A stretch of 58,563 bases of DNA from an uncultured Clostridia bacterium (GTDB lineage: Bacteria; Bacillota; Clostridia; Christensenellales; UBA1242): assembly GCA_944381105.1 (NCBI GenBank), contig CALWJU010000010.1, positions 1-58,563 of the forward strand, given 5' to 3'. Below are positions 9,508 to 18,520 of the stretch, piece by piece. The notes under the pieces were generated by a model, which saw nothing but the letters and a program-made list of their open reading frames with translations, was not told where the DNA came from and made no database searches. The first letter of the stretch is position 1. Every line of letters starts with the position of its first letter. The position numbers were made by a program, and so were the translations under genes.

Positions 9508-10644
9508 TTATTTATTTACTCCGACAAGTTTAAAAGATACACGCTCGTTTTCTTCGTCCTTGTCTAGCACTTCTACCTCTACTTGATCGTCAAGTTTGAC
9601 TATCTCGTATATTTGCTTATTGTTTGAGTCTGTCGCATTTTTAATATGAAGAAGTCCAGTCGCTCCGTTCTCAACTTTTATTATTGCACCAAATTGAAGT
9701 ATCTTTACAACCCTACCTTTATAAATTGCACCGACATGAAGTTCTTTTATAGCAAGAAGGCGAGGGCTTTCTTGCAAGGCTTTGAGGCTTAGTGCAACCT
9801 TTTTATTTTCTCTATCAAGTTCGATAACCTTAAAGTTGTATTCATCCCCCTCTTTGATAACCTCATCAGGCTTACCTATACGAGAATAGGACATGTTTGA
9901 TATATGAATAAAGCAGTCTACTCCGCCTACATCGACAAAAGCACCATAAGGCATTATCTTCTTAACCTTTCCTCTCACAACTTTATTGATAAATATCGAG
10001 TTCCAAAACAATGCCTCATTTGTCTCTTTTATCTTCTCTTCAAGCAGTTTTATGCTGGCTATAATCCTCTTTTTGTATTTATCTATTTCTGTTACTGTCG
10101 CCTCAAACTGTTTACCTATTGTCTTATGAATGTCTTTTGTCTTTGGAGATATTTCGCTCATCGGTACAAATATTGCGTACTCGCCGAGTTTTGAATGTAG
10201 TCCGTCTTTATCAACATGGGTTACAACAAAAGAAAATTTACTACCGAGTTTTAACCTGCTGGCGTTTTGCGTGGCAAGCACTATACCATCCGCCATTGAC
10301 TTTGACACCTCTATCATCCCCTCAGAATTTTTATTTATAATGACCACCTTAAATCTATCGCCCATTTTTAGCAAGTCATAATCATCAACCTCTTCTTTTG
10401 GCAAAAAAGCGTCATTTTTACCGCCAATGTTGAATATACAGCCATCTTCCCTCTTCTTTACAACTACACCATCGAACATCTGCCCACGTTTATAATTTGT
10501 AAAGGTCTTTTCAATAGCCGTCATATCAAATTTATCATCACTCTTTTTATTATCTTCCTTAATTGAATTATTTGACTGACGCATTTCATCTTCCTTGATC
10601 TCTTTTCTATCTTTTACATCCTTTTCATTAAAACTGTTTTCCAT
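9508..10644 (-). CDS. rpsA: S1 RNA-binding domain protein (ribosomal protein S1-like, about 4 S1 domains)
   Basis: Repeated S1 motifs (GKVKKIMPYGAFVDVGG..IHIS; GRVVKILQFGA); located after plsC. Confidence 0.85.
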   Translation of the reverse strand: MENSFNEKDVKDRKEIKEDEMRQSNNSIKEDNKKSDDKFDMTAIEKTFTNYKRGQMFDGVVVKKREDGCIFNIGGKNDAFLPKEEVDDYDLLKMGDRFKVVIINKNSEGMIEVSKSMADGIVLATQNASRLKLGSKFSFVVTHVDKDGLHSKLGEYAIFVPMSEISPKTKDIHKTIGKQFEATVTEIDKYKKRIIASIKLLEEKIKETNEALFWNSIFINKVVRGKVKKIMPYGAFVDVGGVDCFIHISNMSYSRIGKPDEVIKEGDEYNFKVIELDRENKKVALSLKALQESPRLLAIKELHVGAIYKGRVVKILQFGAIIKVENGATGLLHIKNATDSNNKQIYEIVKLDDQVEVEVLDKDEENERVSFKLVGVNK

Positions 10645-10671
10645 AGTTACCTCTAAGCAAAGTTTATCATG

Positions 10672-11280
10672 TTATTTCTTTTTTGTCAAAGAATTGAGTG
10701 CATATTCACGTAATTCATTCATTTTTGTTTTGACTATTTCCCCTGCCTCATCAAGAAGAGTGCTATCAAGCCTCTTCCCATAAAACTCTTCAAGTGTAAA
10801 AGGTTTGCCTACAAAAATTCTATTTCTTCTAAACAACTTCGGTTTTTTCATGATAAAAATAGGGACAATTGGCACTTTTGCTTTAACTGCAAACATGGCT
10901 ACACCGTGTTTGACCTCGCCAAGTTCCATATTTTCATTATGAACACGTGTCCCCTCTGGAAAAATAACCAACTTTTTATTGTCCTTTAACACTTTAAGGC
11001 AATTCTTTATAGCAGTCAGGTCATTTGACTGTCTATCTATCTTTATTGCACCTAGTTTTGTCAAAAAAAATCCAAAAACTTTATTTTGGAAGAGTTCTTT
11101 CTTCGCAAGGTAATACTTTTTCTCCCATGTTTTGACAGCAAGTATAACAGCGTCCATATTTGAGGTATGATTGCTTGAAAGTATACATGCACCATTTGGA
11201 ATATTTTCTTTCCCTATTATCTTTGTAGGAAAGAGAAATCTTACTGGTAACGCTAAAAGAATCTGCACAAAATGAAACAT
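10672..11280 (-). CDS. plsC: 1-acyl-sn-glycerol-3-phosphate acyltransferase
   Basis: NHTSNMD and FPEGTR motifs; AGGAG RBS before ATG at 11280. Confidence 0.92.
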   Translation of the reverse strand: MFHFVQILLALPVRFLFPTKIIGKENIPNGACILSSNHTSNMDAVILAVKTWEKKYYLAKKELFQNKVFGFFLTKLGAIKIDRQSNDLTAIKNCLKVLKDNKKLVIFPEGTRVHNENMELGEVKHGVAMFAVKAKVPIVPIFIMKKPKLFRRNRIFVGKPFTLEEFYGKRLDSTLLDEAGEIVKTKMNELREYALNSLTKKK

Positions 11281-11416
11281 AATAACTCCTTGTAATAGTA
11301 TAATCAAAATTAAAGCAAATTGCAAATAATAAGTTAAATTTTTTGCAAGTATAAATCAACAATAAAACACCTTTTCAAAGGTGCTTTGATTTGCAAAGGT
11401 GCTTTTATTTACAAAC

Positions 11417-11505
11417 TTGCTGTGTGATGAGTGCTAAAAGCACACGAATTCGTAAGAATTTAATAAAATTTTACAATTGTAAAATTTTATCTCATCACAC
11501 AGCAA
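11417..11505 (+). repeat. Four-way-junction element A3
   Basis: Perfect 15-bp closing stem TTGCTGTGTGATGAG / CTCATCACACAGCAA around three hairpins. Confidence 0.95.
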
Positions 11506-11638
11506 TATTAATACCTTTTATTTTCTTTGTTTCCTCAATTATAGTAATATTAATTGATACCTTTTATTTTCTTCATCTCCTCACGATATCTTTTATCTTC
11601 ATTGTCTTTTAAATTAAAATTGATAACTTCTATCTTCT

Positions 11639-12844
11639 TTAATTCACCTCTTCTATTATTGACGTTGCACATGAGTAAGCGGTGGAAAAAGCGGTTTGGA
11701 GATTATAACCTCCTGTTAGGCAGTCGATATCTAGCACCTCACCTATAAAATATAGTCCTTTAACCTTTTTGCACTCCATAGACCTTGGGTCTATCTCCTT
11801 TAAATCAATTCCGCCTGCTGTAACTATTCCGCTTTCAAGAGGATAGAGTCCGCCATAGTTAAGAGGAAAGTTTTTTAAGGTTTTGAGCATTGTCTCTTTC
11901 TCTTCTCTCGTAATTTGCCCCACCTTTTTAGACTTGTCAATCTTGCAAATGTCCAAAAAGACCTTGGCAAGTGATTTTGGCATAAGACCTTTTGCTATAA
12001 ACGAAATTTCTTTATTGTAAAACTCTTGAAAATCTCTTTTTAGGCGACTGTCAAGTTCCTCCTCGCTAAGTGCTGGCTTTAAATCTATTGTAAGTTTGAC
12101 AGATTGTGCATTTCCTATAAAACTTGATAAAGTTAGTGCAATAGGCCCTGATATTCCATCTTGGCAGAAGAGCATTTCACCAAAAAAGGAGTATTTTTTA
12201 CCTTCAACATCCCCCTTTAAAGTTACATTTCTAAGGCTAAGCCCTTGCAAGTCTTTTATAAAGTTATCTTTTAACCTTATTGGCACAAGTGCCGGTCTTG
12301 GTGGCACCATGCTAACCGAAAAAGCCTTTGCAAATCTATATCCGTCGCCTGTGCTACCTGTAAAACTGTAACTTTTGCCACCTGTTGCAACTATAACCTT
12401 ATCAAAAGCGAAACTGCCTTTTGTCGTTACAACTTCAAAGCCAGGCTTTACCTCTAATACCTTCTCGTTTAGCCTAATGTTTGCCTTATTTAAATTTTTC
12501 ATAAGGGCTTTTGTTATATCGCTTGCCTTGTCAGACTTTGGGAAAACTCGCTCCCCTCTTTCAACTTTTAAGGGACAGCCCAAATTTTCAAAAAATTCCA
12601 TAGCAGATTTGCTATCAAATTTATTTATAGCAGAGAACATAAACTTTTTGCCATTTACAACGTGTTCAAGATAGTTTTCCCTGTCCCCTGCATTTGTTAC
12701 ATTACACCTACCCTTGCCTGTTATGTACAACTTTTTGCCTGTCTTTTCATTTCCGTCGAATATGGTAACAGAAATACCGCTTTGGCAAAGTAATCCCCCT
12801 GCCATAAGTCCACTTGCACCGCCACCTATAATAGCAACTTTCAC
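11639..12844 (-). CDS. HI0933/BaiN-family flavoprotein
   Basis: GGGASG, ITGKGRCNVTN, ATGGKSY, GSTGDGY, TGGYNLQ motifs. Confidence 0.93.
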   Translation of the reverse strand: MKVAIIGGGASGLMAGGLLCQSGISVTIFDGNEKTGKKLYITGKGRCNVTNAGDRENYLEHVVNGKKFMFSAINKFDSKSAMEFFENLGCPLKVERGERVFPKSDKASDITKALMKNLNKANIRLNEKVLEVKPGFEVVTTKGSFAFDKVIVATGGKSYSFTGSTGDGYRFAKAFSVSMVPPRPALVPIRLKDNFIKDLQGLSLRNVTLKGDVEGKKYSFFGEMLFCQDGISGPIALTLSSFIGNAQSVKLTIDLKPALSEEELDSRLKRDFQEFYNKEISFIAKGLMPKSLAKVFLDICKIDKSKKVGQITREEKETMLKTLKNFPLNYGGLYPLESGIVTAGGIDLKEIDPRSMECKKVKGLYFIGEVLDIDCLTGGYNLQTAFSTAYSCATSIIEEVN

Positions 12845-13551
12845 GATTTTGCTCCAACGAGACTATTGAGTTCATCCTCTGTCAAGTCCTTATAGTCTCC
12901 TCGTCTCAATCTGCCTAAGGTAACCGAGCCAATTCTGACACGTTTAAGTAGTCTTATACTCTTTCCGATCGCCTCGAACATTCGTCTTATCTGCCTATTT
13001 TGTCCCTCATCAATCACAACAGAGAGTTTTGTAAAGCCATTCTCGCTTGACAAGAAATTCACTCTTGCACTAGGCAGTCTTTCTCCATCAATGACCACTC
13101 CCTTTCGCATAACTGCAAGTTCACTCTCCTTGATATCCCCCTCAATAGTAACTCTGTACTCTTTCTCTATGCTAAACTTTGGATGAGATACCTTATTTGC
13201 AAAGTCTCCGTCATTTGTGAGAATTATAAGCCCCTCGGTGTCATAATCAAGCCTACCTATTGAAAATAGTCTCTCGTCTGTGTCGATTAAGTCATAAATG
13301 GTCTTTCTACCCTTTTCGTCATGTGCAGTGCAGGCGTATCCCTTTGGCTTATTGAGTTTAATATACACAAAAGAGGAAGGTAGGGTTATCCTTTCTCCGT
13401 CAACTGTTACCTTGTCCTTCTTTTCGTTGATGATGGTGCCAAGTTCTGTAACAAGTTTACCGTTTACGTATACCTTTCCTTCCTTAATAAGCAAGTCGCA
13501 CTTTCGTCTTGACGCAACTCCGCTATTACTTAAAAATTTGTTTAATCTCAT
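12841..13551 (-). CDS. rluB: rRNA pseudouridine synthase (RluB/RsuA family)
   Basis: S4 domain RLNKFL..SRR, GRLD catalytic motif, EGQNRQIRRM. Confidence 0.88.
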   Translation of the reverse strand: MRLNKFLSNSGVASRRKCDLLIKEGKVYVNGKLVTELGTIINEKKDKVTVDGERITLPSSFVYIKLNKPKGYACTAHDEKGRKTIYDLIDTDERLFSIGRLDYDTEGLIILTNDGDFANKVSHPKFSIEKEYRVTIEGDIKESELAVMRKGVVIDGERLPSARVNFLSSENGFTKLSVVIDEGQNRQIRRMFEAIGKSIRLLKRVRIGSVTLGRLRRGDYKDLTEDELNSLVGAKS

Positions 13552-13552
13552 T

Positions 13553-14686
13553 TTACCACTGTTCTATTAGGTCTTGTAGTTTCTGCCAAATAGAATTTCT
13601 CCTTACATTTTCTATTGTATATATTTTTTCACTAAAATGCAAGTCTTTGTCAATAAAAATTTCTACCTTTCCTACTTCTCTACCCTTTTCAACAGGTGCT
13701 TCAACCTCATCTTGCAAGGTGTAGACATATTTGACCTTTTTAAGTTCGTCATTTTTGAGCGGATAGAAGAAACTTTCCTTTGTACCTATCTTTATATATT
13801 CCTTTTCTCCTGCGCTAACCTTTATCTTGCTAGGCAGAGCATATCCGCATGTTAGGTCTATCATTTGATAGGTCTTAAACGCCTCTTCAAGTAGAGTTCG
13901 ACTTTCCTCAAACATAGGCCCGCAGTTTAGCACTACGCAAACTACATTCATACCCTCTCGCTCACAACTAGACACGAGGCATCTGCCTGCGTTATCTGTA
14001 AAGCCTGTCTTAACACCATTGCAACCATCAAGCGATGAAAGGAGTTTATTCTTGTTCTTCAAATACCTGGTTTTGCCATCGCTGTTTGTTATCTTTGTGT
14101 TTTTGGTGGAGACTATCTCTTTAAATGTAGGGTTTTGCATGGCGTAACTTGTAATTAGTGCCAAATCGTAGGCTGTGGTATAGTGAGACTTTGAGTCTAG
14201 TCCGTGAGTGTTGTCAAAGTGAGAGGATGTCGCACCTATCTCCTTTGCCTTATTGTTCATCATATTTATAAAATTGTCTATCGTTCCGCCACAATACTCG
14301 CCTATTGCCACTGAGGCGTCATTGCCTGAGATGAGCATAAGCCCATATAACAGGTCTCGCAAGGTAAACACCTCGCCCTTTCTTAGATATAGACTTGTTC
14401 CGCTTATACCTACCGCTTTGGGAGATATTTCAAATGGACTGTCAAGGCTCGCTCCACTCTCAATGGCAGTTATTGCGGTCATTATCTTTGTCGTGCTTGC
14501 CATAGGAAGTTTTATCTCCTCATTCTTTGAAAAAAGCACCCTCTTTGATGAACTTTCCATTACGCACATGCCCTTTGCTGAGGTGTAACCTTGTCCGTGC
14601 GTCTCTTGCATAAGATTTATTGTCATAGTAAATGCGGTCAAAACAAAAAGCAGAGCAAAGATAAAACAAAGTGTTCTACTCCTCAT
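13553..14686 (-). CDS. dacB: D-alanyl-D-alanine carboxypeptidase (DacB/DacF type)
   Basis: ASTTK (SxxK), SGND, KTG, signal peptide; follows gerW as in clostridial loci; start 14686 or 14716. Confidence 0.85.
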   Translation of the reverse strand: MRSRTLCFIFALLFVLTAFTMTINLMQETHGQGYTSAKGMCVMESSSKRVLFSKNEEIKLPMASTTKIMTAITAIESGASLDSPFEISPKAVGISGTSLYLRKGEVFTLRDLLYGLMLISGNDASVAIGEYCGGTIDNFINMMNNKAKEIGATSSHFDNTHGLDSKSHYTTAYDLALITSYAMQNPTFKEIVSTKNTKITNSDGKTRYLKNKNKLLSSLDGCNGVKTGFTDNAGRCLVSSCEREGMNVVCVVLNCGPMFEESRTLLEEAFKTYQMIDLTCGYALPSKIKVSAGEKEYIKIGTKESFFYPLKNDELKKVKYVYTLQDEVEAPVEKGREVGKVEIFIDKDLHFSEKIYTIENVRRNSIWQKLQDLIEQW

Positions 14687-15083
14687 TTTCCTCACCCTCT
14701 TTTGTTTTTTCCTCATTTAACTTATTTAGCAGAGTATTAAACATATTTAGCACTGTCTGATAGAGTGATTTGTTTTCGACGTTGATAAATTTTACCTCTC
14801 CCTCGCCCACTATCAAAAATCCGACAGGGGTTACACTCATACCGCCACTCGAACCGCCAGCCATTGGAAAATGATTGGCAACTCGCCTCGCTGAGAGGTC
14901 GGCATATTCTCCGCCACCTACTACATATCCCACTGTAACCTTTGAGATTGGAAGTATAGTAGTTCCATCATCGGCAACCACCTTTTCACCTATTATGGTG
15001 CTTGAATCGACTATTGTCTTAATCTTTTCCATTGCACTGTCTATTAGTCCATTTATATTTTCATTACTTGTATAAAATCTCAT
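14676..15083 (-). CDS. gerW: GerW/YtfJ-family sporulation protein
   Basis: IVDSSTIIGE, ILPISKVTVG, GGSSGGMSVTPVGFL; AGGAG RBS before ATG at 15083. Confidence 0.88.
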   Translation of the reverse strand: MRFYTSNENINGLIDSAMEKIKTIVDSSTIIGEKVVADDGTTILPISKVTVGYVVGGGEYADLSARRVANHFPMAGGSSGGMSVTPVGFLIVGEGEVKFINVENKSLYQTVLNMFNTLLNKLNEEKTKEGEENEE

Positions 15084-15263
15084 ATTCCACTCCTTTAAAT
15101 TATCTTTTCTAAAATTATTAAAGTTATGCAAAGTTTAACAAAGTTTTTTTGCAAGGTTTTAAGTATAGTTTAAATTCAATCTTAATTAAAGTTTGTGTTA
15201 AATTTTTAATAAAGTTTTGTGATTAAAGTATCTTAACTTTATTATTAGATTTACTATATGCTT

Positions 15264-15866
15264 TTAGCATGCCCTTTCTTTTGCTGTTGTCTTTTCGTCC
15301 TCTTCCATTTCCTTTTGCATGTCCGCTTTTTTCTTCCTTGCAAGTACTACTGAGCGAAAAAATGAGTAGAGTATGTCAAACAGAGAGATTGTTAGAGTTA
15401 GCGTCAAAGCAAACTGGCATACTTCACGGTTGTAGGACACAGTATCGTTGAGCGATAGTGTGGCGGTAGGTTTTTGGTTTTTTATGTTGGTAAAAAATGA
15501 GGTTATCACAAAATTGACAAGCCCTGCCACAATTGACGAAAGAAAGGCATCGCCTACCCCTATATTGTAAAGGACGGTCATCTGTTTTAGCCTGGTCTTG
15601 TCCTTTATCTCGTCTGTCAAAGTCTCGATAAAAATAATCTCTTTGCTACTAAAATCCATCTCTTTTGTCTCAATACCATCCTCATTCTGTGTGATAATCT
15701 TTTTGCCCTTTATCCAAAATTGTTGATGCAAGATTTTTTTGCTATATAAAAATACACCTACAACACCTGAAAAATTTAATACATTAAAAGACAATCTTAC
15801 CTCTAACTTGATAGGCAGAAAAAAGATGATTATTATAAAAAACGGTATAAAAAGGTAGTAGTTCAT
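15264..15866 (-). CDS. YtfI/DUF2953-like membrane protein
   Basis: N-terminal TM, IGVGDAFLSSIVAG motif, position upstream of gerW. Confidence 0.6.
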   Translation of the reverse strand: MNYYLFIPFFIIIIFFLPIKLEVRLSFNVLNFSGVVGVFLYSKKILHQQFWIKGKKIITQNEDGIETKEMDFSSKEIIFIETLTDEIKDKTRLKQMTVLYNIGVGDAFLSSIVAGLVNFVITSFFTNIKNQKPTATLSLNDTVSYNREVCQFALTLTLTISLFDILYSFFRSVVLARKKKADMQKEMEEDEKTTAKERAC

Positions 15867-16075
15867 GTTCCCTCTTTCAATCTTTATTTTTTAGTGTAAA
15901 TGGCTTTAATATTTTTGGCAACTATGTTGTCAGTTCCCTCAAAACGATATATGTTTGTTTACTTTGCTAAATAAATATAGTGATTTTTCAAAACTTAATT
16001 GCCAAAAAGTATTTTTTTATTTGAAATTTCTTAAAAATGAATTTCTTTTGTAATCAACTTTTGTACTATATGCTT

Positions 16076-16837
16076 TTATGAAAGAACCTCATTTATGGCG
16101 TTTGAGATAATTTTCCCTGCTACCATAACGTTTTGCCTTATATCCTTTGGCGAGAGGAGCAGGTCTTGCGGACTTTTAACACTAAGGTCGCTTGCAAATA
16201 TCATAAATGGCACACCGATTGAAATACATGGCACTCCCATGCTCTCCTCGTCAATACGTCTATTGAATCTCACAACTCCACTGCCTGCGGTCATACCTGT
16301 TGTAGTTATTTGAAAGGATGTGCCTAGGCGATGGATATTGTTTGTGGTAAGCGAGTCGATGATTATACAATAGTCTATATACATACATTTGACTATCATC
16401 TCGACAAGGTCAACAGTCTCTATCCCTGTTAAAAAGTAGATGTTTGGGCAAAACTTAAATATATTATTGCTCTTTGAGAGGGCAACAATATCAACCCCGT
16501 CAAACACCTCTTTGCCTAGCCTATCTGCCATAATATCAGGGTTGCCGAGTCCTACCAAAAGCACCTTATCCTTTTTTCTTATCTTCAAACTTTTTAGCAT
16601 TTCACTCAGTTTTTCCGACAAGAGTGAGGATATATAGGCTTGACAATTTAGCCCATAATCGTAAAGGCGTGGAGCATTCAAAATAAAATAATCGCCCTCT
16701 CGCATACCATTTTTAAGGCTATCCTCTTCATCTTCAATTGTCAGCGAACCTACCGTTATACCAAACCTACCTAGTTTTTTAAGGTTATAACCAAACCTTT
16801 CAAGGTCCTGTCCGCACTCGTCTATTAGGTCAAACAT
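16076..16837 (-). CDS. gpr: GPR endopeptidase (spore germination protease), compact form
   Basis: LVGLGN..ADRLG, TGIET, IIDSL, GSGV, ISIGVP; divergent from rpsT as is usual. Confidence 0.85.
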   Translation of the reverse strand: MFDLIDECGQDLERFGYNLKKLGRFGITVGSLTIEDEEDSLKNGMREGDYFILNAPRLYDYGLNCQAYISSLLSEKLSEMLKSLKIRKKDKVLLVGLGNPDIMADRLGKEVFDGVDIVALSKSNNIFKFCPNIYFLTGIETVDLVEMIVKCMYIDYCIIIDSLTTNNIHRLGTSFQITTTGMTAGSGVVRFNRRIDEESMGVPCISIGVPFMIFASDLSVKSPQDLLLSPKDIRQNVMVAGKIISNAINEVLS

Positions 16838-16934
16838 ACCTTTATTTTGTCAAATTTTAAAAAAATTATTTATTTTACTTGATTTTCTTGTTTTTATATG
16901 CTATAATCATATAGAAATTTTAAAGGAGAATACT

Positions 16935-17210
16935 ATGCCTAATATTAAATCAGCAGAAAAAAGAGTTAAAATCATTGAAAGAAAAACAGCAGAAAACAAG
17001 TCTGTTAAGTCTAAAATCGCAACATATATCAAAAAATTTAAAACCGCTGTTGCAAACAAGGACGTCGCTGTTGCAGAAGTTGCATACAACGATTGTATCT
17101 CTTTGCTTGACAAGGCTGTTTCTAATAATGTTATACACAAGAACAGTGCGGACAGACGTAAGGCTCATTTTGCTAAACTTTTAGACGACCTCAAAAAAGA
17201 AGTTAAATAA
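16935..17210 (+). CDS. rpsT: 30S ribosomal protein S20
   Basis: MPNIKSAEKR...LDKA...IHKNSADRRK. Confidence 0.98.
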   Translation: MPNIKSAEKRVKIIERKTAENKSVKSKIATYIKKFKTAVANKDVAVAEVAYNDCISLLDKAVSNNVIHKNSADRRKAHFAKLLDDLKKEVK

Positions 17211-17431
17211 GTTTTTACTTAAATTAAAGCAAATAAAAAATAGAAGGATTTATTGTCATTTTATTTTTTGCTGATTTCATTATATTTTCAAAAAACTTAA
17301 AATGGGTATTGACTTTTATAAAAATAAATGTATAATAAAGTTATACTAGATATTTAAATTTTGTAGCGAATAGCAAAAGGGTTGCAAAGCACCTTTTTAT
17401 CTCTTAAAGGGTTGCAAAAAAGGAGGGATTT

Positions 17432-17845
17432 ATGAAAGGAAAATTGAAGAAAGGAATTACAATATTATCGCTTGCGAGCGTTATGGCTTTTGCCGGTACA
17501 AGTCTTTCTGCGTGCTCAGATGCAGAAAATGATAACTTGGAAACAATTGGAAATGGTTACATTATATTAAACGACAAACACCCTGATGTTTATAGACTAC
17601 ATAGATTTGTAATTAAAAATCACTCTTTATATGCAAGCAACAACACCTCATGTGGTTACACATTATATGATTGTAACATGAATAAACAACAATATATGTT
17701 TGTGCTCGAAAAACAAGATGCTTATGGCAATATAATTTCAAGACAATTCGAACCTTACATAAAAGTTATTGCTGATGGTGTTGAAATTGACCCAGAATGC
17801 TATGATGAAGTTTGTGAAGAATGCTTCCCTAACTCTATTGGATAA
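17432..17845 (+). CDS. Hypothetical lipoprotein
   Basis: AGGAGG RBS, signal peptide with lipobox LSAC, C-terminal CxxxCxxC; TTGACT/TATAAT promoter at 17309-17336. Confidence 0.75.
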   Translation: MKGKLKKGITILSLASVMAFAGTSLSACSDAENDNLETIGNGYIILNDKHPDVYRLHRFVIKNHSLYASNNTSCGYTLYDCNMNKQQYMFVLEKQDAYGNIISRQFEPYIKVIADGVEIDPECYDEVCEECFPNSIG

Positions 17846-17876
17846 AAAAACGGCTTTTTAAAAGCCGTTATTTTTT
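17844..17876. terminator. Bidirectional terminator
   Basis: AACGGCTTTT-t-AAAAGCCGTT flanked by A and T tracts. Confidence 0.7.
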
Positions 17877-17909
17877 AATATTTTATAAGTTTTTAATTCT
17901 TTAAACAAA

Positions 17910-18446
17910 TTAGTAATTTAAGTCGATAAGACCAAATTTACCATCCTTTCTTCTATAAAGAACGTTGATTTTGCCTGACTCTGCGTTTAGAAATACAAAG
18001 AAATCATGTCCTAGTCTTTCAATTGCAAATCTTGCGTCATCCACCATCATTGGATCAAGGTCAAAGGTCTTTTTCTTGTAGATAGATGGAAGTTCTTCTG
18101 GCTCTTCCTCCAAAAATTCAAATGGCAAGAAATTCTCTTGTTTTGAGCCTTTTGCTTTCTTTTCTTTGCGTTTTTCGTTGTTTCTAACAATTTGTTTTTC
18201 AAGTTTTGGAAGTGCGTAGTCAATATTATCATACATATTGTCGCTTGACACCTCACTTCTATACAAAAGTCCCTTGCTTTGAATGGTTATTTCAAGTTTT
18301 TCTTGTTTTGCCTCTCTCATGCAAACAACTTTTGCTTTTGTCTCATCATCAAAGTACTTTGAAAGACGTTCAAGTTTCTCATTGAGTATACGTTCAAGTC
18401 TTTGGCTGACTTTATAACCACCTCTTTCTAGTATTTCTATTTTCAT
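17910..18446 (-). CDS. hpf: Ribosome hibernation promoting factor (long HPF)
   Basis: KLERLSKYF, DNMYDNID, KLEKQI; C-terminal LGHDFFVF..INVLYRRKDG. Confidence 0.92.
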   Translation of the reverse strand: MKIEILERGGYKVSQRLERILNEKLERLSKYFDDETKAKVVCMREAKQEKLEITIQSKGLLYRSEVSSDNMYDNIDYALPKLEKQIVRNNEKRKEKKAKGSKQENFLPFEFLEEEPEELPSIYKKKTFDLDPMMVDDARFAIERLGHDFFVFLNAESGKINVLYRRKDGKFGLIDLNY

Positions 18447-18520
18447 AATTTTTCCTCCTATAACTATATATTAACAAAATATTCAATTTTTCACAAGTAA
18501 AAATCAAAGAATTTTGCAAA

